From the NCBI GenBank assembly GCA_036785375.1, contig JAWMAR010000160.1, positions 1,922,001-1,986,000 on the forward strand: DNA of 64,000 nt, written 5' to 3'. The notes below the pieces were generated by a model, which saw only the letters and a list, made by a program, of their open reading frames with translations, was not told the DNA's origin and did no database searches. The stretch comes from Leucoraja ocellata (Eukaryota). Below, one piece after another: positions 26,530 through 37,654 of the stretch (positions within the stretch are counted from its first letter, which is position 1; each line of letters opens with the position of its first letter). The position numbers and the translations under genes were made by a program.

Positions 26530-27308
26530 CTGAAAAGACACATAAGGAATTCCCTGCATATTAGTTTTCTGTAGACAATGGAACTAATGGAAAACAGACC
26601 AATACTGGCATTGCATTGAACGCAAAAACAATTCACCACACCCGAGTCAGAATCTGGATGTCCCGTAATTTAGTTTAGTTGAGAGATACAGCGCAGAAAC
26701 AGGCCCTTTGGTTCACCGAGTCCGCGCCAACTGGCACACTAATGCTATCCTATACACTAGGGACAATTACAATTGTACCGAGCCAATTAACCTACAATCC
26801 TGTACGGCTTTGAAACCGGAGATCCCAGATGAAATCCACGCAGGTCACGGGGAGAACGTGCAAACTCCATATAGTCAGCGCCATTAGTCAGGATGGAACT
26901 CATGTCTCAGGCGCTGCAAGGCAGTTGCTCTACCGCTGTGCCACACAAATTTGTTATTTAAATACACTTCTCCTATGCTTCTGGCATCATGAGGATCTAA
27001 CTCTGCTTTGAGCTCCAGCTACGGACTGTGGTACAAGCCAATACACTCACTGACATAGCACGACACGAAGTGCTGGAGTAACTCAATGGGTCAGACAGCC
27101 TTTCTGGAGAACACAGATAGGTGATCTTTCACGACCACTTCCATGCTCTCCAGGGATGCTGCCAGGCCTGATGAGATACTCTAGCACTTTGTATAAACCA
27201 GCATCTGCAGTTTCTTGTTTCTACTGTGCCCAGATAGGTTTGGTAACTGTTGTAAGGAACAATCCCCGGAGCACTCTAGAAGTTGTAATGAGGTGGGGGG
27301 GAGGTTGC

Positions 27309-28057
27309 TTGGCACAGCGGTAGAATTACAGCCTTACAGCGCCTGAGACTCGGGTTTGATCCTGACTATGTGTGTGGTTTGTACATATTTTGTACGTTCT
27401 CCCCATGATCTGCGTGAGTTTTCTCCAGGAGCTCCGTTTTCCTCCCACACTCCAAAGATGTGCAGGTTTGTAAATTAATTGGCTTCATAAAAATTGTAAA
27501 TCTACCCTAGTGAGTAGGATAATGTTAGTGTGCGGGGATCGCTGGTCGGCGTGGACTTGGTGGGCCAAAGGGCCTGTCTCCACGCTGTATCACTAAACTA
27601 AACTATACTAAACAATGCAGAAACACACATTGTGTTAACGTGTTCTACAGAGGAAACCTTGCAGACAGGGTAAACTCAACTTAAAGTGCTTGTTCTGTAG
27701 ATAACTCATCTCTCCTGGTTTAGTGTGTGTGGCTTGCTTGTAAATGTGTCAGCAGACAGCACGGTGGCACAGGGGTAGAGTTACTGCCTTACAGCACCAA
27801 AGACCAGGGATCAATCCTGACTAAGGGTGCTATCTGTACGGAGTTTGTACATTCTCCCCGTGACCTGTGTGGGTTTTATGCAGGAGCTCTAGCTTCCTCC
27901 CACACTTCAAAGACATGCAAGTTTTGCCAGCTAATTGGCGTGCTACAATTATAAATTGTCCATAGTGTGTAGGATAGTATTGGTGTGGGGGGATCGCTGG
28001 TTGGCACAGACCCGGTGGGCCAAATGGCCTGTTTCCACGCTGTATATCTAAACTAAA
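27309..28057 (+). mobile_element. Two HE1/V-SINE-like copies (~27309-27612, ~27757-28057) in gene A intron 3
   Basis: Both have head, core and (CTAAA)n tail. Confidence 0.75.
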
Positions 28058-28135
28058 CTTTACAAAATGCGACTCCAGTTTGTTTCAACTTAGTCTTGAG
28101 CAGAGGAGAGCAATTATTGTTCAAGTGGAACTCAC

Positions 28136-28450
28136 AGTATGTTTGCAGAGTCACGGAGGAGGATTCGATTTCTTTTGTGGTATTTGTGTCCAAGTCCAGC
28201 TCTGCCAAGCATGTGTACACTTGTCCATCCTCAGCCATGCTTGCATTGAGATTGAGAATATTGACCACCGGAGTCACATCTTCTGGAAACTTTTGTTCCG
28301 TTGGGTGAACTAACTTCACAACTTTGCTCCCTCTGAGCCACTTGAGATGGAGCTTGGTGTTTGGATACACTCTTGGACCGGTGCAATTAAGCTGATATGT
28401 TTTGTTAATTTCCATCACTTTTGGATGTGGTGCAATGACAAGATCTCGAT
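28136..28450 (-). CDS. Gene A exon 3: Ig domain D2
   Basis: Acceptor ctccttcaacag|AT, donor TACT|GTGAG, 315 nt. NCTGPRVYP...KWLRG...DGQVYTCLAELDL. Paralogous to 53117-53431, which has the same length. Confidence 0.93.
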
Positions 28451-29948
28451 CTGTTGAAGGAGAATCATGTTAATAAAATTCACTGAAATAATGAACCTGA
28501 ATAGTATTTGTCCCACCTCATCTCATATTCACCGATTATTCAAGTTATATACACACGGCATGAATGTACATATGTTCTTCAATATTTAGGGTGGCACAGT
28601 GGTGCAGTGGTAGAGTTGCTGCCTTACAGCACCATAGACCCGGGTTTGATCTAGAATACGGGTGCTGTCAATATGGAGTTTGTAAGTTCTCCCCATGACC
28701 ACATTAGTTTTCTCCAATATCTTTGGTTTCCTCCCACATTCCAAAGAGGTACAGGTTTGGAGGTTAATTGGCTTGGTATAAGTGTAAATTGTCCCGAGTG
28801 TGTGTAGGATAGTGATAGTGTGCCGGGATCGCTGGTCCTTATGTACTTGGTAGGTCGAAGGGCCTGTTTCCGCACTGTACCTCTAAACTGAACTAAACAA
28901 ATCTAAATTGTAAGCAAGAACTTAAATGTTCTCTCCCCACAGATGCTGGTTGGACTGCTGTGTTTCCAGTATTTCAGATTTAGTTTAATTCAGAGATGCA
29001 GCATGGAAACAGGCCCTTCAGTTTACTGACTCCAATCCGACCATCAATCACCCGTTCATACGAGTTCTACGTCATCCCACTTTCTCATCCACTCCCTACA
29101 CAATAATGGCAATTTACAGAGGCCAATTAACCCATCTATTCTACATCACATTCTATATTATTTATTCTACATTTTCCTTGCTCTTCATTCCCTTTGTCCT
29201 GTTTTCACACCTTTCACTTCCTTATCTATGTACCTCTCTCTCCCCTGACATCAGTCTGAAGAAGAGACTCAACCCGAAACATCACCCATTCCTTCTCTGC
29301 AGAGATACTGCCTGTTCCGCTGACTTACTCCAGCATTTTGTGTCTATCTTCAGTTTAAACCAGCATCTGCAGTTCCTTCCTACACATTCAGAGTTTGAGT
29401 TTAGTTTATTGTCACGTGTACCAAAGTACAGAGAGAAGCATTTGTTGTGTGCTGACTAGTCACCGGGAAGACTATACATGATATTCTGCAATGTTACCTA
29501 TGTAACTAATTAATTAACATTTTAGAATAAGAGGTTTCGCTTATTATACAGTGATCACAAGTTTTCAAAGCTTTTTGTTTAGTTTAGTTTAGGGAAACAG
29601 GCTCTTGAATCCGTGCCGATCAGTGATCCCTGCACACTAGCACTATCCTACACACACTAGGGACAATTTACAGTTTTACTGACAGTAATTAACCTACAAG
29701 CCTGGAGTGTGGGAGGAATCCGGAGCACCCGGAGAAACCCCATGCAGGTTACGGGGAAAACCTACAAACTCGTAGTCAGGATCAAATCCTTGTCTCTGGC
29801 GCTGTAAGGCAGCGACTCTACTGCTGCGCCACTGTGCTGTCCGGTTCTGCATATTATTCTGCTAGCAAATGGTTATAGAGTGATACAGTGGAAACAGGCC
29901 CTTCGGCCCAACTCTCCTATACCGGTTAGAATAAGAAATTACACTTAC

Positions 29949-30224
29949 TGTACACAGTGATCACTGTTGTGGCCTCAACTTGAGTATTGTTTTCAGATTT
30001 GCACAATGCACTGCAAACCATTGGTAAATCCCACCTCTTCACAGTTGGGATTTGGCATGTGATTGAGTTGTTAACTTCATTGCAATATTTATTTTGCCCT
30101 GGTTTTAGTTCCATGAATATAATAGGATCTAAACATGTGGTTCTGCAGGTCACATTCAAAGAGCCATCGATTTCCACAGCTAGAGTGTCTGTGTTTATCT
30201 GAACCTCAAATCCATTCCCTTTAG
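29949..30224 (-). CDS. Gene A exon 2: ICAM-type N-terminal Ig domain D1
   Basis: Acceptor ttttctctgacag|CT, donor TACA|GTAAGT, 276 nt, phase 1-1. CRTTC...CSALC double-disulfide pattern typical of ICAM/VCAM/MAdCAM D1. Glu in IFMEL at the ICAM GIET-like position. Confidence 0.92.
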
Positions 30225-31029
30225 CTGTCAGAGAAAAAGCACAATAAGTACAGAGATACAGAATCCATTTAAACAAAGGGCAAAATCAAGGTAATTTCTT
30301 GATCTAAAAGAGTCATTTCTAATTACTCACAAACCAATAAAATGTTATTTTTCTACGAATTATATAACTCCAGGAACTGGGAGTCGGTGTTAGAGACTGA
30401 GGTGATTCTTAACATTTCCCGGTGTTGAAGTAAAGAATGTTTCTGTTTAGCAAGTGTTGAATATACAGTAGAATAAAGAGTTTGACAACAGAGAAACGAA
30501 TGAAGTGATTTTACAAGGCGGAGTTCCATATCAACACTGTACATGCTGTTTTTTTTAAGATAGACACAAAATGCTGGAGTAACCCAGCGAGTCAGGCAGC
30601 TTCTCTTGAGAAAAGGAAGAGGTGAAGTTTCGGGTCGAGACCCTTCTGCAGACAGTCAGGAGAAAGGGAAACGAGAGATTTAGAACAAATGGATGAAAGA
30701 TATGTAAAAAACGTAACAATGATAAAGGAAACGGGCCATTGTTAATTCAGCGGCTCAGGCAGCGTGTGTGGAAGGAACAGACAGGCGGGACCCTTCAGGC
30801 AAAATGCATTCCAGGCAAACATTTAAATTACAAGAGAATCACATTTAAATCCTCTGAAAAAACATGTTCAAACTTCCTTCCAGATGGAAAGCCGGTGATG
30901 TTTCTGACCCGCCGGGGCAGCGGGTCCCCGTTCCCGTGTGGAACAGGCATCACTGCCGGGGCTGGAGACGAGACCTCCCCCCGTCCGTGATGCTCACTGC
31001 CCGGCGGCCCAGAGGCCCCGGTCCACAGG

Positions 31030-31305
31030 TACTCACTCACTCACTTACACTCACACAATTACTCTCACGAACATTCACACTCACTCCCTCTTTCACACAT
31101 CCACACACACTCACTCACACACACATCCACAAACACTCATAAACACACTCACACACACCCTCTCACACGCACAATCACTCACTCACTCATACGCGCACAC
31201 ATCCACTCACACACTCATACGCATACACACTCACCCTCACATAGACACACACATACTCCACACGCTCGCACACTTTTACACACATGCTCACACTCACACA
31301 CACAC
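31030..31305. repeat. (CA)-rich low-complexity tract in gene A intron 1
   Basis: Degenerate CACACT/CACA runs. Confidence 0.85.
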
Positions 31306-31533
31306 TAGCTGTTCCGACAATGGCGTGATCACAACGTCCAGGCTGCGCCCCTCTCCCACCGCGCCCCTGCTTCACTCCGCCAAAAATAAGCAATCATCTG
31401 CTTTTTGTTTGGACATTAATAAATGACAGGAAATACCCTCGCTGATTATTGAGCTCCGCTTTATAGCTCGGCCATGAAATAAAAACGCTACATTCCACGG
31501 GAGAAGCGCGTTTGATGTGAGGATTGTACTAAC

Positions 31534-31600
31534 TTGTTAACGTGAATACGAACAAGACGAGGTGAAGGTATCTCCCGCTTGAAGTGAGTGTAGAGACCAT
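31534..31600 (-). CDS. Gene A (ICAM-like, 4 Ig domains) exon 1: signal peptide MVSTLTSSGRYLHLVLFVFTLT
   Basis: ATG at 31600-31598 in good Kozak context (GCAGTCATGG). 22 codons + 1 nt, then donor A|GTTAGT. Hydrophobic core present. Phase 1 joins exon 2 in frame. Same 67-nt length as exon 1 of gene B. Confidence 0.8.
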
Positions 31601-31709
31601 GACTGCGACCCTCCTCGGCGCCTGCTGCCTCTCCGATCACCGCTCGTCCAAATGAACACAGCGCTCACACAGTCCACACACTCGCTGTTAATGCAAACAA
31701 TCTCTCTGA

Positions 31710-31720
31710 TTTCCCGGAAA
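31710..31720 (-). promoter_or_regulatory. GAS/STAT palindrome TTTCCGGGAAA in gene A promoter
   Basis: + strand TTTCCCGGAAA, 110 bp upstream of the gene A ATG. Same sequence as the recalled human ICAM1 palindromic IFN-gamma response element. Confidence 0.7.
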
Positions 31721-31828
31721 CAATTCAGAAACTAAACTTCAGAGAAAGCCCCTAAAAAAAAGAGTTTAAAGAAAAAGCCTCCCCTCGGCTCAACTTTGTG
31801 CTCGCCGTTGCAACAGAGACTGACTTGG

Positions 31829-31838
31829 GGAAAGTCCA
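31829..31838 (-). promoter_or_regulatory. NF-kB-like site TGGACTTTCC in gene A promoter
   Basis: + strand GGAAAGTCCA. One mismatch from the canonical GGGACTTTCC. ~230 bp upstream of the ATG. Confidence 0.6.
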
Positions 31839-33088
31839 GTGACAATCGTGCGGTAAACACGCCCATAATGTGCAGAGCGATGACCACTGCCGAGAGGTAT
31901 GTACAGGGTCTTTGCTGTAGACTGCCCTTAACATCAGTGGAAGATTCACACTGGATCTGAGCTCTGATAATCAGCGCAATGGGGTTACTCCCCATCTCTC
32001 TCACTCCCTCACATTACATATGAAGAAAGACTGGATAGACTCGGTTTGTACTCGCTAGAATTTAGAAGGTTGAGGGGGGATCTTATAGAAACTTACAAAA
32101 TTCTTAAGGGGTTGGACAGGCTAGATGCAGGAAGATTGCTCCCGATGTTGGGGAAGTCCAGAACAAGGAGGTCACAGTTTAAGGATAAGGGGGAACATTT
32201 TTAGGACCGAGATGAGAAAAACATTTTTCACACAGAGAGTGGCGAATCTGTGGAATTCTCTGCCACAGAAGGTAGTTGAGGCCAGTTCATTGGCTATATT
32301 TAAGAGGGAGTTAGATGAGGAACTTGTGGCTAAAGGGATCAGGGGGTATGGAGAGAAGGCAGGTACAGGATACTGAGTTGGATGATCAGCCATGATCATA
32401 TTGAATGGCCGAATGGCCTACTCCTGCACCTATTTTCTATGCTTCTATGCTTCTATTCCCATCACAGTAAACCAGCATCTGCAGTTCCTTCCTTCACAGT
32501 AACCCCCCCCCCCTCCCACCACACACACACACACACCCCTCCTGCCTCTCATCATAGACCTCCCACATTCCCATCACTGTAACCCCCTCCCTACCCAGTC
32601 TCCTGTCACAGTAACAACCCCCCCCCCTGTTGTTCCCCATCATAGTTCATACCTTCATAAGCTCTATAAGCAGAATTAGACCCATCAAGTCTACTCCACC
32701 AATCAATCTTTGCTGATCTATCTCTTCCTCTCAATCTTTGCTGATCTATCTTTCATTCTGCTGCCTTTTCCCCATAGCCCCTGACACCCATACGAATCGA
32801 GTATCTGTCATTCTCTAAAAATATTACCCCCCACAATAATGAATTCCACAGTTTCACCACCCTCTGACTGAAGAACTTCCTCCCTATCTCCTTTTTAAAG
32901 GTACGTCCTTTTATTCTGAGGCTATGGCCTCTGGTCCTCGACTCCTCCCACTAGTGGAAACATCCTCTCCACATCCACACTATCCAGCCTCTGCAAAAGT
33001 CATAGATAGGTTTCTTGAACTGCTTGAAGGTAGATAGAAACGCAGGAGAAACTCAGCGGGTGAGGCAGCATCTATGGAGCGAAGCAAT

Positions 33089-33124
33089 AGGTGACGTTTC
33101 GTGTCGAGACCCTTCTTCAGACCT
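33089..33124 (-). ncRNA. Minimal hammerhead ribozyme-like motif with 4-bp stem I
   Basis: Minus strand AGGT-CTGAAGA-A-GGGTCTCGACAC-GAAAC-GTC-ACCT. One mismatch in stem II. Confidence 0.5.
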
Positions 33125-33375
33125 GAAACATCACCTAGTCCTTCACTCCATAGATGCTGCCTGACTCACTGAGTTTCTCCAGCATTTTTATCTACCTTCG
33201 ATTTTTCCAGCATCTGAACCGCTTTAGATCGTTTGACAAATGCTGAAGACTTGGACATCACCTGGGATTAGCCTTCATGGTTCATTCACAGGGAACACAT
33301 ATATCACCTTCTTTGGTGCACTGTCCTCTACACTCTTTCTGTGAATTCTGTGACGGCAATGGCATATTCATCTAG

Positions 33376-34961
33376 CATAGTGAACCCCAAGAAGGCTACC
33401 GGCCCAGATGGAGTCCCTGGTAAGGTGCTCAAAGCGCGCGCCCACCAGCTCACTGCCATCTTCACCAGAATTTTCAACCTCTCCCTGGCCCAGGCAGTTA
33501 TTCCGTCCTGCCTAAAATCAGCCACAATCGTCCCTGTGCCGAAGAAGTCTACCATCACCAGCCTTAATGACTACCGTCCTGTGGCCCTCACTCCGGTAAT
33601 CACAAAGTGCTTCGAGAGGTTGGTCCTCCAGCACATCAAGGACTATCTACCACCAGACTTCGACCCCCACCAATTCGCCTATCGCCAAAACAGATCCACA
33701 GAAGACGCCATTACCGTAGCTCTCCACTCTGTGCTGAGCCATCTGGAGCAGGGGCAGAGCTACGTCCGGATGCTCTTTGTGGATTTTAGTTCAGCCTTTA
33801 ATACAATCATTCCGGACATTCTCATTGGTAAACTGGTCACTCTCGGCCTCCCCACTGTCACATGTGCCTGGATAAAGGATTTCCTCACCAACCGGCCCCA
33901 GACTGTGAGACTCGGCCCCCACCTCTCCTCCACTCGCAGGTTGAGTACCGGTTCCCCACAGGGCTGTGTGCTAAGCCCCCTCTTATACTGTCTCTACACC
34001 TACGACTGTAGTCCGGCCCACAACAACAACCGCATCGTCAAATTTGCTGACGACACTACTGTGGTCGGACTTATTTCAAAGGGAGACGAGGCAGCCTACA
34101 GAGAGGAAGTCCTGAAGTTGACAACCTGGTGCTCAGAAAACAACCTGGCTCTGAACACCAGGAAAACAAAAGAGCTCATTGTCGACTTCAGGAGGCACAG
34201 CACCGACTTAGCCCCCCTACACATCAACGGCGAGTGTGTGGAGAGGGTCAACACCTTCCGGTTTCTCGGCGTCCATATCGCTGCTGACATCTCCTGGACG
34301 GACAACACGACAGCGGTCATCAAGAAGGCTCAGCAGCGGCTGCACTTCCTGAGGGTCCTCAGGAAGCACAACCTGGACTCTAACCTGCTGCTGACCTTCT
34401 ACCGCTCGTCCATCGAGAGCCTGCTGACATACTGCATTACAGCATGGTATGGCAGCTGCACCATGGCAGACAGGGAGAGGCTTCAGAGGGTAACCAGGAC
34501 AGCGCAGAGGATCATTGGCTGCCCTCTCCCCTCCCTGATGGACATCTACACCTCCCGCTGCCTTAGCAGGGCAAAGAAGATCATCAAAGACAGCTCCCAT
34601 CCTGCGTTTGGACTGTTCGACCTGCTGCCCTCTGGAAGGCGCTATAGGTGCATCAAATCCAGGACAAACAGACTCAGGAAAAGTTGCTTTCCGAGAATTA
34701 TAACTACTATAAATTCAAATTCACACATGCACTGACTACACCGCCCAACACGGACTTCCATCTGTATATATGTACATATGTATATAGCGCCGCAGAATTT
34801 GTGCACCTATCCCCCCCCCCCCCATCTCCCTTCTGTTTTTTGTTTTTTCTGTTTTTTGTTTTTTGTGCTAAATTGTATGTATGCACTGAGTACGAGCAGC
34901 TTTCAGTTTCACTGTACATGTATAGTGACAATAAATGGCATATCTATCTATATCTATCTAG
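33376..34961 (+). mobile_element. Young 5'-truncated Rex1/Babar-type non-LTR retrotransposon (RT plus C-terminal domain)
   Basis: Uninterrupted ORF to 34735 with [33 protein letters not shown] and FLG RT motifs. 3' UTR ends in AATAAA plus a (TATC)n tail. Confidence 0.9.
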
Positions 34962-37350
34962 TCACTTTCTGGAAGGAATCATTCCGCTTCAGTAGGAAGG
35001 AACTGCAGATGCTGGATCAGTCTGAAGAAGGGTCTCGACCAGAAATGCCACCCATTCCTTCTCTCCAGAGATGTTGCCTGTCCCGCTGAGTTACTCCAGT
35101 ATTTTGTGTCTACCTTATGCTTCAGTTTGTGTTTGTAAGCACAGAGTAGAATCACATTACAATATTTCAGAGGAAATGAGTCAGTTAAACGTCACCTCCA
35201 ACTGTGACTTCCTGATTGCCTTTCACTGTTTCTAGTCCTAGCACAGCCCTTGTGACCATGCTCCCCGACCAAACAAAGCAGATTGAAAAGGCAAACCTTT
35301 GTTTTAGCTACTGTCGTGAACACACAAAACACCATCATCTGCTGTTAACGACCATATCTGTTCATTATCCCAAGATATGGGTTTGAAGAGCTTCCAACTA
35401 ACCTAAACTAAACTAAATGAAACTTTAGGATTTTGTGGCCTTTGCAGTATTGCAAAGCCTTTCACCAAAGCCACTAATGATGTTAGGTCAGCCTGTGGCA
35501 AAGATTTAAACAAGTCTTTGTCACAGCTAACCACAATATCCTCTTCCAAAATAGACTATGCATCCAAAACTGATTGTAGTTCACTCGGTTCCATTGTGGA
35601 CAATTCAATTATAGAAAAAAAACACATCAGAGCAACTTATATGTAATTGTTTGTTTCAGAATCACTGGCTATGGTCAACATGACACAGTCCTCTAGCTAA
35701 CAATGATCTATTCTACATTTTCCATCAACTTCATCCCTTTTGATCTTTAGTTTTCACAACTTGTATTGTATTGTATTGTATTGTTTTCCCTCCATTTCTG
35801 ATCCCTCTCCCCTGACTTTCAGTCTGAAGAAGGGTCTCGACTCAAAATGTCACCCATTCCTACTATCCAGAAATGATGCCTGTCCTGCTGGGTTACTCCA
35901 GCATTTTATGCCTATCTTAAAAACAAAAGATAGCATGTACTATGGTGATATGGAGCTCTGCCTTGTAAAAACACTTCTGATGACCTCTCCATTTTCAAAC
36001 TGTTTATTCTATATTCAACACTCGCTAAACAGAAACTTCCTTTACTTGAACACTGGGAAGAATTAAGAATCACCTCAGACTCTAACACTGACTCCATTTC
36101 CTGGAGTTATATAATTTGTATATAAATGTTTTGCTGCTTTGTGATATAATGGCACAACGGTACATGTGACGTATGGCCATGTGGTAGCAGTTGTCAGCCT
36201 TCAATATTGAGTTTAGTTTAGTTTAATTTAGAGATACAGCGTGGAAACAGTCTCTTCGGCCTGATGATCCCTGCACATTAACACTATCCTGCCCTAGGGA
36301 CAATTTTTACATCTATATCAAGCCAATTAATCTACAAACCGGTACATCTTTGGACTGTGGAAGGAAACCGAAGTTCTCGGCGAAAACCCACGCAGTCACG
36401 GGGAGAGCGTACAAACTCCATACAGACACCACCTGTAGTCCGGATTGAACCTGGGTCTCTGGCACTGTAGGTCAGCAACTATACCGCCGCACCACCATGC
36501 CCCCCACAACACATGTTCTAAAGTTACTGGTGAATCCTGGAATTTGTTCAATGTGTTATTTACGTTTTTTTACAATGATGGGTCATGGACCACATCCCAG
36601 TACACGACACCTAGCAGCCCACTGCATTCACACCCTAGGTTGTTTATAATTTTGGAGTCATAGAGTCAATACAGCATGGATCATCAAGCACCCATCTACA
36701 CACAGTGTGTCACTACACCAAAACTAATCAATTTTGCTCTCAACACAAACCCATCCACCAGGGTGGCAGAGTGGCACAGCGGTAGAGTTGCTGCCTTACA
36801 GCGCCAGAGACCTGAGTTCGATCCTGACTGCGGATGCTGTCTGTACGGAATTTATACACGAAAAAGAAGAAATAACATTTGTTCAAAATCTTATTTATTT
36901 ATATATTCAATTTTGTATAAAGCAACATAGAATTAATTTAAAAAAAGCATTGCAATGTAAATTTTTGCAGCATTTTTACAGATTTTTCATTGCTATTGCA
37001 GTATGCAATAAGGTTATTCTAACAAATGAAAATGATTCTGTTCATGTCTACACGATACCAAGTGTGGCAGACAACACTCTGTGTCAATACTTACAATGCA
37101 AATTTATCAAATTTAATCTGGAATTATATTTCCCATCTTCCAAATTACTGTGCCATGCAATATATGTGTCAGAGGACGCGACTGGCTATTTGCCAAAAGC
37201 ATCAATTCACTCCTCATCATCTCATTTAATTACTGGCAAAGTGCCCGTAACATTCCCACATAAATGGAAACGGAAATATCAAATTCCCTTGTCCTAAAAG
37301 TCAGTGAGTACTGGAGGTCAGTTGAAATATTTCCTATTTTATCTAATCTC

Positions 37351-37654
37351 GTTTAGTTTAGAGATACAGCACGGAAACAGGCCAGTTGGCCCACCGAGTC
37401 CACGCCGACCGGCGATACCCGCACACTAACATTATCCTACACTCACTGGGGACAAATTACAATTAAACCAAGCTTATTAACCTGCAAACCTGTACATCTT
37501 TGGAGTATGGGTGGAAATCGGAGCATCTGGAGAAAACCCACATGGGTCACGGGGAGAACGTACAAACTCCGTTCTGACAGCACCCGTTGTCAGGATCGAA
37601 CCCGGGTATCTGGCGCTGTAAGGCAGCAACTCCCGCTGAGCCACCGTGCCACCC
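37351..37654 (-). mobile_element. HE1/V-SINE-like copy
   Basis: Same consensus, reverse orientation. Confidence 0.75.

Noticed and set aside
30938-31426. His/Thr-rich 162-aa ORF
   Set aside because: Translation of a (CA)-rich microsatellite.
36156-36212. Plus-strand peptide GTCDVWPCGSSCQPSIL resembling an ICAM D1 CxxxC next to the inverted intron copy
   Set aside because: Too short, no acceptor, and no continuation after the adjacent SINE; likely chance.
36734-37297. 187-aa ORF
   Set aside because: Starts in a SINE head and continues through AT-rich UTR-like DNA with no recognisable domain.
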